A stretch of 64,000 nt of DNA from Nitrospirales bacterium (GTDB taxonomy: Bacteria > Nitrospirota > Nitrospiria > Nitrospirales > UBA8639). Location: the NCBI GenBank assembly GCA_965203295.1, contig CBDBCZ010000018.1, positions 2,592,001 to 2,656,000 on the forward strand, written 5' to 3'. The translations under genes and the position numbers were made by a program. Shown one piece after another: positions 52,684-64,000 of the stretch (position 1 is its first letter; each line of letters begins with the position of its first letter). The notes beneath the pieces were generated by a model. It searched no databases. It was not told the DNA's origin and saw nothing but the letters and a program-made list of their open reading frames with translations.

Positions 52684-53609
52684 TCAGCGATAGCAGGATA
52701 AACTTTGTACAAAATCTAAAGTATGATTTCTACAATGTCATGCAAGTATATGTGGCACAAATGCGGCATGCTCACATAAAATAATAGTAAAGAACACAAC
52801 CGTTCAACATGTGACGACAGCTTCATCACATGTAAATAGTCACAAAGAGAAAGTCTCTTCCACTTGAATCTTGACTTCCTGCTTCTAAATCAATCTCTAT
52901 GCTATTGTCCACGATATCTGCATTTGAAATCACCACTGATGCACTCTCTGGTAGAGCTTGTAAATTTTTATTTGGGTGCTCGGATACTGTCGAGCTCCAG
53001 CCACTGCTTGTGATGTGTGTGAGCTCGCTACCTGCACGGCAGTATAAACATTATACTATTATAGTCAACATGACATTGTAATCACCTTTGTAGATGCAGT
53101 TACAAAAACAATATAATAGAACCGTAACGCCTCAGTGCCAATCTGACTACTACACTCCAATACGTATGCATAGCCTATTTATAGAATCTGAATTCCATTA
53201 AAGTATTAGCAGGATGATTATTGCTTTTGAAAGCACTGACAGGCTCATGCAGTAACACTGTGACTTACTCTCTTGAAGGTAATAAATAGTGGAAAGAAAA
53301 AATCTACATAGGTTTTTGGTAATAGTAATATCAGTACAGTTGCAAGATGGATAATTATGTTAGTTCCAGTACTTCACCCTCCTTTAGAATAGGGTAGTAA
53401 AGTGTGGGCTTGTAGTACATGGCAGACAGCTTCCTTGGAATTTATTCAGCTAGGAGCAGCTAAAAATATACTTGGCTGCTCTTCTAAAACGTGTAATGAA
53501 GCAGTATGGGGTTAGAATCTTTTGAAAGGCAGGAGGCATAGGTGCAGACTTAAGTGGTGCTATAAAGTCAGTAATTTGCATGATAAGAAATATCCTAGCT
53601 TACTAGACA

Positions 53610-55268
53610 GTGAGTGGTAAGAGAAATCGTGCACACCTTCTCCTTAATCTCCCTTCCGACACTTCCACTGGTCCTGATGGTATTTCCGCTCGAATGCTTA
53701 AACTTTCTGCTTCCTCCATTGCTGCCCCTCTTACTCTCATCTTTAACCAATCCATTTCTTCTGGTATCTTTCCTTCTGACTGGAAAAACTCTAACATTGT
53801 CCCTATTCCCAAGTCTAAATCCCCTTCTTCTTCTCCCTCTGACTATCGTCCTATTTCTCTTCTTCCAATAATCAGCAAAGTCCTCGAACGCCATGTTTTT
53901 AATTATCTTCATAATTTCTGTACTGTAAATCAAATTCTTAGTGATTTTCAATTTGGTTTCCGCCCTGGTCGCTCTACAGAATCCGCTCTTCTTTCGGCTA
54001 CTCATTTCTGGCTATCTTCTCTCGATTCCCACAATTCTATCTGTGCAGTGTTCTTTGACTTGCGTAAAGCTTTTGATTCTGTCCCTCATCTACCTCTTAT
54101 GAATACTCTTTCTTCAATTGGCCTCTGTTCTCACCTTACCTCCTGGATACAAAGCTATTTATGTAATCGTTGTCAACAAGTTGTTCTTAATGGCTCTTCT
54201 TCACACAAATCGCATGCTTTTTCTGGCGTACCCCAAGGTTCTATATTAGGTCCTCTCCTTTTTATCTTATACATCAATAGTTTATCTGACATCCCACTTT
54301 CTCCTTCCTCTAATCTCATTCTGTATGCTGACGACATTCTTTATTCCCGTATCTGCAATTCTCCTTCTGACATTTCTCTTATCCAGTCTGATGTTAATTG
54401 TATCTCTACTTGGATTTCTTCTCACCATCTTACTATAAATTCTTCCAAAACTAAATACATGTTTCTTTCATTTAAGCCCTCATCTTTTTTTTCCACCTTC
54501 CCATCCCTATATCTCAACGGTTCTCCGCTTGAGCTAGTTTCTTCTTTCAAATACTTAGGTGTTCTAATCTCTTCCAACCTTTCTTGGTCTCCTCATATTC
54601 TCTCTATATGTCGTAAATCTAGGCAACTTATAGGTATTCTTTATCGCCTCTTCTACCGTCACTCCAGCCCCTCATCTCTTTTTAAACTTTATTCTACTCT
54701 TGTTCGCCCTCACCTTGAATACTGCTCTTCTGTCTGGGACCCCTCCTCTTCTGCTTCTATTTCCAGAATCGAAAATATTCAGCACTTTGCTCTAAAGCTT
54801 TGTTCTAAAAACTGGTCTTCTAACTATCCCTCCCTTCTGCAACTTTTTAACTGTCCTTTACTTTCTTCTCGCCGTACAAACTCTAAACTTATTTCTCTTT
54901 TCAAAATCCTCCACGGCCACATGTTTTTCCCATCTAACTCCTTCCAGCCCCTTTATCGTTCTTCCAGGCTCACTCGCTCTTTTCACTCTCGTAATCTTTC
55001 TGTCCCTCATTCACGCACTTCCGCCTATCTCTCCTCATTTGTGCCTACCTCCTGCCGTCTGTGGAACGCCCTCCCATCTTCCCTTAAAGACTGTGACTCT
55101 TTAGGTTCTTTTAAGTCTAATCTGTATTTAATTTCATTCTAGATTTATTATATTACTTGTGTCTTATATTATATATATTATTTATTTGCCCTTTGTATTA
55201 GCAATTGCTATTGGGCATTTTATTGACCTATAAAAAAAAAAAAGAAAAAAAAAAAAAGAAAAAAAAAA
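53610..55268 (+). mobile_element. Young 5'-truncated CR1/L2-group LINE with uninterrupted RT ORF (53610-55142) and poly(A) tail
   Basis: GPDGIS, YRPISLL, QFGFR, FDLRKAFDSVPH, GVPQGSILGPLLF, YADD, YLGV, LVRPHLEYCSSVWDP, LWNALP; A-tail 55232-55268; no endonuclease domain. Confidence 0.95.
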
Positions 55269-56665
55269 GGAAGACCTGGAAGAGAGTAGGTAGTAAATTG
55301 TTTCTGCAGTCAATGAATCAAGAGAGTCAGGATATATTCGCTGAAGAGTACAAACTATTGACCGTATCTAAGCTCCCCCCTAAAAATCGTCTAATTCTCT
55401 CACAAAAATATTTCTAATGGTAGACACTCCCAGAGCACATGTACTACACTCCCACATTGCACCCCACATAACTTACACTGCCTCATCACCTAACTCTTTA
55501 TTCAGACCATAAGTACCTGAACCTAAATTAAACATCAATCATGTTCCTGGATCCCCAACCCCTGCAAGTAATTCTATTTTTTTTTAAAAGACTTGTACAG
55601 CCTCAGCTTATCAGTATTTATATCTTAACACTTCATCTACTCTCTCTAGGAACAAATTTACATTTGAGAGAACAGGCTTTGTTTTAGGGTGTGAGAACTG
55701 CGACAGGTATGATTTTAGGGGTGTATTAAGAGTAGTTATTGATCAGGGATACTAGGAAGAATAAATTATGTTGTGATCAAAATAATGAAACATCTGTTTG
55801 TTCTTGCTGTTGTCCTCGGACTGCAGATCTTACAACTGTGTATGTGTGTGCGTGGTCAATGGCATACGCGCTACAACAGCGACACAAGTAAATTACAACC
55901 TATCTGCATTGTATCAGCTGCAGTTGACGTGCCATTCTTGTGATATGTACAAACCTGTGAAACAGTGTATCCCTTGCGGAAAGTACTGAAAGAAACAGAG
56001 CTACTCTTTCGAGTAGACCTAAAGGTAGAGCTGGCTTTACAGCTCGGGTACTGTGCCATACCTGAGAGAAGAGAGAGCAGGAATATTAAGCATGGACAAA
56101 CCTGTCAGATCTGACAATAAAGGAGCAGGCACACATAAAAGGTACCCCTCTTGTTGTCTAGATGTTTTCACTCAAGAGCTCTACCATAATTTTGTTCATG
56201 GCTAGGAATGATGATGACTCCTTGTATTTACTATGTAAGGTACATGTAGGTGGTACCACATCATTGAACACATTACTTACAACTGCTTGCTAAACCTTAG
56301 TCATCAATGTTTATAGGGGTGAGGATGTTACGAAACTAGATTGCACCATTGCATATCTTCAGTTTGAACACATACAAAACCCACCTTTTCACTTAGAACA
56401 TGAAACAGGAAAATGCAAAATGTTGTCATTCGAAGTTCATGAGGAAGCCTTAGAAATTATAAAACCTTCTGTGACTTCTTGAAGGCAGAGGTTAAGTGAA
56501 TCTATTGGCAAAGTAAAGATTAACAGCTACGTAGCTTGGCCTAAGCTGAGTTGTGTGTATTGTATGGGAAAGGTGTCCGGCTGTTTTTTTAGGCATGAAA
56601 TGTCAGACTTGTTTTTCTAAATAATAGGAATAGGGTAGCCATAAAGTACAGAGTAAAAATTTAAC

Positions 56666-56698
56666 CATGGATAATATAGACACGTAAACGTGTCTATG
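56666..56698. mobile_element. P-element-like TIR-only remnant (33 bp, 7-bp TSD ATTTAAC)
   Basis: CATGGATAATATAGACACGTAAACGTGTCTATG between two ATTTAAC copies. Confidence 0.7.
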
Positions 56699-57769
56699 AT
56701 TTAACTCCCAAGTTTAGAGAAATAGTGACTCTAAAGTATTTTTGATCTCACTTAACCTGTGAAGCTTATGTGTCGTGTGACATAGTTAATCGCAAGCGGC
56801 ATGAAACTGCCACCACGAACTGTCTGACAACGACAATATGGCCATGCATTCACAGATTTGTAGCGACCCAGTTCATTAAAGCCTATGAGCAAGTTCAGTA
56901 TACACGCTATCTACGTACATGCAGCACCAAATTTTGCAGGTCTATGAATTACTTAGTTCAATACCACAGATGTTTTGAGAGCACAATTAAAGATTGTGCC
57001 ATAATTTTAATTTACATGTGTAATACTATTTACGTAAACATATCAATATTATACTCTTGTTCAATTAATATTGTGCGTGAATTTAACAGGGTGTGTCCAA
57101 TCAGCCATTAATTGACTGGTCTCCCTGGAAGTTCTGCATGGAATTCAACAATACCCAATAAAATACTATGGCACTGATTCTGTGGTCCCTACTAATAAGG
57201 AGTTCATAATTTTACGGTAATACCACACTCACCTCCATACTCTCCAAGTTCCTGTGTCCTTCCGCTCTTTTGATCTTTCAGTGATGGGGATGCAGCTAGC
57301 CTAGAGTTCTGAGATGTAGTCTCGCGGGCCAGACTTTGCGAGACTACTTGAGATGGGGCAGTGTCCGTTTAATACAGCCATGCATAGCTGCGGGGCCCCG
57401 AGATCTAGATCGGGGTCTAGAAATCAAGTGCCAGGTGCGGATCCGCGGTTCGGAAATTGCTAGCGAAGCCATGCTGCTGCGAGAGTACAACTCCAACCTC
57501 AACGCGAGATATCACCATGCTTTGTTCTGACACCGTGCCCTGGGGGGCTAGTCGTATTGCATGCTGGCAGCTAAAAGGAAGCCTTGTCTTCGATGCGCTG
57601 AAAACGGAGCAAGGTATGAGCATGCTCTATAATTTATCTATTAGTACACTACGCAATAAGATAAGAATGCAAAATAGGTTACGCACAGCCATTGCCTATT
57701 CGCTGTACTTGTACAGGTATCTTGCAACATGCACTTGCAAGGCCTCTAGACCACACGTGTTCAGGTATT

Positions 57770-58178
57770 GGGCTATTCCATTTTATACCCGTACACCCCC
57801 TATGGATGACAAAATTTCACAAAGTGGTTTTGTCCAGGGTACCAACGAGACATTTGTCCGGGGGTTCTTTTTAAATATTGGGATGTGTCCAGGGGTCAAA
57901 ATCGCCACGTCCAGGGGGTGCTATACAGAAAAAAGTGTGTCTAGGGGGTTCAGCGAATAGTAACACCATTTCATTCTTCTTGTCCAAGGGTTCACTGTGA
58001 AATCCAAGTTGTCCAGGGGTAAGAAATTATTATGTCCAGGGGTAACATCAAAAACCATACGCGTCCAGAGGTCAAAATCTCAGTATCGGGGGCAAAATTA
58101 TAGAAAAATCTTGTCCAGGGGACAAAAGGCGAAAGTTGTCATCCATAGGTGGTGTACAGTTATAAAATGGAATAGCCC
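57770..58178. mobile_element. MITE with GGGCTATTCC TIRs and 3-bp TSD (PIF/Harbinger-like)
   Basis: ~40-bp TIRs GGGCTATTCCATTTTATA...; ATT on both sides; internal TGTCCAGGGG repeats. Confidence 0.85.
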
Positions 58179-58628
58179 ATTCAGCAAACAGCATAATGAA
58201 TGTGATTAAGCTTATCAGTAGCCACTTCAGTTTGTATGACTGAGCTGGCTCTTAAAAAAACTTGCGTGGAGGTGTCTAAGTGATTTAGAAACCTTGCTTT
58301 GTCCGACCAGATTGTAGGATGTGCAGATACTGATTGAAATGGTAACTTATTTCAGACAAAGTTTACTTCAGTGGTGCATGTAAGTCATAGACAGTGAGTA
58401 GGACTGCATTTTTATCATAGACATAGCATTAATGCGTAGTTACTTTGATCTTAGGATGACATTCTCTGACCTAAATTTATTCCTACACGTACTAAAAAAA
58501 TGCATACCATTCACTTCAGCAGTATTACAATGTGAGCATTTACATACACATGCACATACGTGCCTGACAACAATAATAATGCGCAAAAGTACTACGTGTT
58601 CAGCTGCTTGCTATAAATAGGTACTCAC

Positions 58629-60584
<1,956 letters not shown>

Positions 60585-61992
60585 ATTCTCTCGTGGGTAG
60601 GTGCTGGGTGGGGCTATAAACGTGGGCAGAATAGATCTACTCAACTAGCCCCACCCATCATGCCCATTGTGACAGTTTATCGCAACGCCAGCCTAGTAGG
60701 CTATCTAGGATATTATCTCCGAAAAACTGCCTACTATTCTATTCCCTCTTTCCAATTTTTTACCCATTATTGTTTCCCACTTTCTTGTCAGAAACGTTCA
60801 CGACGAGCAGAAACGCCCCCGGAATTCAAGCACAATGATTGAACATTCAAATTTCAAAGGCATTGAAAATATAGTGTATGTGTTTGGTCATGATCAGAAA
60901 CGCTTACACAGAGCAGAAACGTTCCCTAAACTCAAACAATTATTAGCATAATTATAATACTATTGAAAATGTTAACAAAGAACAGACTAGTGGAACAACA
61001 CGCTCAGCTTCGGCAGAAAATGGCTGAATCAATCAAATGAATGAAGTTATTATAGCTACAGCTGTTCTCCTTTGACATCACATTCTATAGCTTGACTTTG
61101 TTTACTGGGTGGTAGTTTTATTATAGGTCGCTATACGCGCGCTTAAAGTGCTAGATTGCGTATGGGGCGGTATTTGTCTATTGGTGGATCGTTAAAATCA
61201 AGGGGGCGCTATTAATCAGCGCCTACGGTATCCTTCCAATTGTTCCAGAATTAATTTTTGGTATTTTGGCTTCCAAATTACTCCAGAAATAATTTCCTCA
61301 GGCCTAAGGCTATCACAATGAAAAGGTCATGGGCTCAATTCCGTTTAGAAACTTCATTTCCCCCCCTCCGAGACCGTAAAGGGTGCGAACGTACATAAAT
61401 AGCTGCTAAGCAGTAGTGCAGTGTCCTGTCTTGAAACAGTGGTCACGGGTGTAAGCTGATAACTATGCTTCAGTACTTGTATGTAACTCCTTGTTTACAA
61501 GTTCATGATAGCTACCATGTAGACTGTAAACTCTGAGTAACCTTACAAAGAGTGTTGACACCCTCATTAGTGATCTGGCAACTACAAAGTACAAACTCAC
61601 GTCTGCAATTTAGGCTTGTTGCCAATAGTATTAAACGCCTTTGCGAATTTTGTTAAGGTAATTGCCGAGCGCCTTAGCGCGAGGCAACTAATCCTGCATC
61701 GTATCTCAGCAAGCGTTTGTACATATATATAATATTATATACATATTTGTACCGTAATGCGCCTCTACATGAAAGGCACCGCCCAGGATATATCACCCAT
61801 ACACCCTAGCCATTTGAACTGTCAATATACCCTAGGGTATATAGTTGCCAGACAACTAATGCTTCTCCATTAGCGCTTGTCATAACTAACAGCGTTTGTA
61901 ATTGTATTATGGTACAAGTCACCTGTACCATGGGTTTCTAGGGTGTATGGGTTTGTACTCTTCGTGCAGTTATATGTATTCCCGAGGGCCAT

Positions 61993-62710
61993 AAGGGGGG
62001 TCCTTACATTTCAATGGTGGTCCGAAAATTTCAGTGCATTTCTGAAATATTAGTTCCAGGGGGTCCACATATTTCGAAATATTTGGACCGGGGGAAACAA
62101 TTTTGGGGGGGTCCAAATTTATCATGACACTCCCTGCAAATTGAATCCGTGTAGCTAGTAAAATTAAATGTACATTCATGAGAGTCTAGCACTTAGCTAG
62201 TAAGTGTGCGCACCTCTGGTCTTGTGACTCGGTAACTGCCCTCAGAGTACAAATCCCATACACCCTAGAAACCCATCGTACAACTATTACATGTATGTTG
62301 TATGTGTCACGCTTAGGAATGCAATTATACTGCGTACTGTGCGGAAGTTCCATCTATGCCAATGGATGACGACGGCGAGACGAGCGGGGAGAGGGCTAAG
62401 CGTCTTGCTACTCTACGAAAAAAAAAAAAATGAGAGGCAGACAAAGCCGCAGCTAAAAGACTGAAGAGGGCCGAGTCACAAGACCAGAGGTGCGCACACT
62501 TACTAGCTAAGTGCTAGACTCTCATGAATGTACATTTAATTTTACTAGCTACACGGATTCAATTTGCAGGGAGTGTCATGATAAATTTGGACCCCCCCAA
62601 AATTGTTTCCCCCGGTCCAAATATTTCGAAACATGTGGACCCCCCGGAACTAATATTTCAGAAATGCACTGAAATTTTCGGACCACCATTGAAATGTAAG
62701 GACCCCCCTT
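61993..62710. repeat. 240-bp near-perfect inverted duplication (61993-62232 / 62471-62710)
   Basis: Reverse-complement arms; their spurious translations differ at only two positions within the repeat. Confidence 0.95.
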
Positions 62711-62950
62711 CAAATTGCACAATTTCCTGAATATAAACTCAATACATGATTTGGACCCACCCCACACACACACACAAGTTGGATTAACAATGACAAAAAG
62801 AAAATGATACGTTATACTACGTTATACATGTACACAGTACGCTTTCTGTCCTTGCTCAAGGGGTGCAGCCGTTCTTCAGAACGTACTCGATAGCGACTTC
62901 CAATATAGTGTCTTCTTTATCAACTGCATAGAGGGGGTGCAATGCTACAC
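62574..62950. mobile_element. Ginger-like transposon end (TGTCATGATAAATTTGGACCCC)
   Basis: TGT terminus with GGACC repeats like 29454; - strand peptide EDTILEVAIEYVLKNG...LSKDRKR resembles Ginger/GIN N-termini (inference). Other end not found. Confidence 0.5.
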
Positions 62951-63829
62951 AACTCACTTATAAACTAATACAGAACAGGTTACTCAGCCTCAAACAATTT
63001 ACTCCAAATGGTCATTGTGTGGCGCCTCTCTTGAATGCTTCTTGACTTCTTGAGATTCACACTTTCACTACAGGGCTTGAAATCCATAATTACTGGATGA
63101 GATGTAGGACCTAAAGGGAAACATGAATGAATGGACTGTAGCTACTTTGGATGAGCCTTAGCAAACCCTACATACATGTAGTGAAAGCAGAAAATGTAAA
63201 GCCACTGCATGCCGGATGGACACACCCATTGCCTACATATGCCTATTGATGCTACATCCATTAATTTATAATTACTGGATGAGATGTAGGACCTAAAGGG
63301 AAGCATGAATGAATGAACTGCAGCTAGTCTCAGACTGTGCAAACCCCTCATATGTAGCTAGTTCAAGCAGAAAGCGTGAAGCCATGAAAGTAGATGTAGT
63401 TACGCAACAATTATTGCAAACTCGAGCTTAAACATGAACCGCTGCATGGAAACATGGCTAAAAAATCCATATGACAAAGTATACTATCAAATAAGTGTAT
63501 ACTGGAGAAAAAATGCACATAATTATTGAAACACAACGTATCTGCAAAAACAGCCTTTACTTATTGTGCTCTATTGTTGAACCCAAATAAGAGTCCTATA
63601 TTCTCCACTTCACCCTTGTTTCTATAGTAACAGGTGGGTAATAAATCCCATATACTGACAGGACAAGAAGTTATACTCCAGCCCTCAGGGCAGGAAGTTG
63701 TCCTTATGAAACAAGCGAAATCTCAAATAGAGAATAATGGGTGGCTCCACATAGTCTGGATCTGAATTATGTTAACAAGGATGCCCATTGTTTCGCACCT
63801 GTATAATACTTCCACTTAAAGAATATAAC

Positions 63830-63950
63830 AGATAAACCGAGGTAGCCAGCTGGGATTTATGGCCATAAACAGCCCTCGCCCTCGGGCTTTGCCCTCGGGT
63901 TCGGGCAGTTTATGGACCATAAATCCCTGTGGTTTACCTAGTATGTAACA
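63830..63950. mobile_element. Crypton-like hairpin element end
   Basis: GGGATTTATGG...GCCCTCGGGCTTTGCCCTCGGG...CCATAAATCCC, same hairpin class as 25376-27325. Confidence 0.55.
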
Positions 63951-64000
63951 ATACAGTGAACATGTACTTTGGCATGCATACGCAAGTAACTGACAATAAA

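Noticed and set aside
55850..55880. AYAI peptide as SLC37A exon 4
   Set aside because: Surrounding residues and splice sites do not fit; likely chance.
61970..62730. Two near-identical 68-69 aa ORFs as paralogous genes
   Set aside because: They are the two arms of a non-coding inverted duplication.

Overview
Repeat-dense eukaryotic (animal) genomic DNA with short spliceosomal introns; the repeat families suggest a basal marine invertebrate such as a demosponge (inference only). The window opens in the 3' end of NACA, whose four-codon last exon (ELTM*) lies behind a ~14.25-kb intron filled with transposons. The rest is a mosaic of DNA transposons (piggyBac, pogo/Tigger, hAT, TAG...CTA elements with 9-bp target-site duplications (TSDs), Ginger-like, PIF-like, Helentron/HINE-like, hairpin Crypton-like), LINE remnants, a tRNA-derived SINE and a Penelope-like element with a hammerhead ribozyme. 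Intron-containing fragments of unrelated genes are scattered through it: RCL1 exons 1-4 (broken), two inverted copies of kinesin neck/coiled-coil exons, and SLC37A exons 1-3 (frameshifted). The most unusual signals are 28-48 bp TIR-only scars with 7-bp TSDs resembling P-element excision footprints, four local inverted duplications (one copied into a hairpin tip), and a stack of hairpin elements inside the Penelope. No database searches were run; all homology calls come from recognising motifs.
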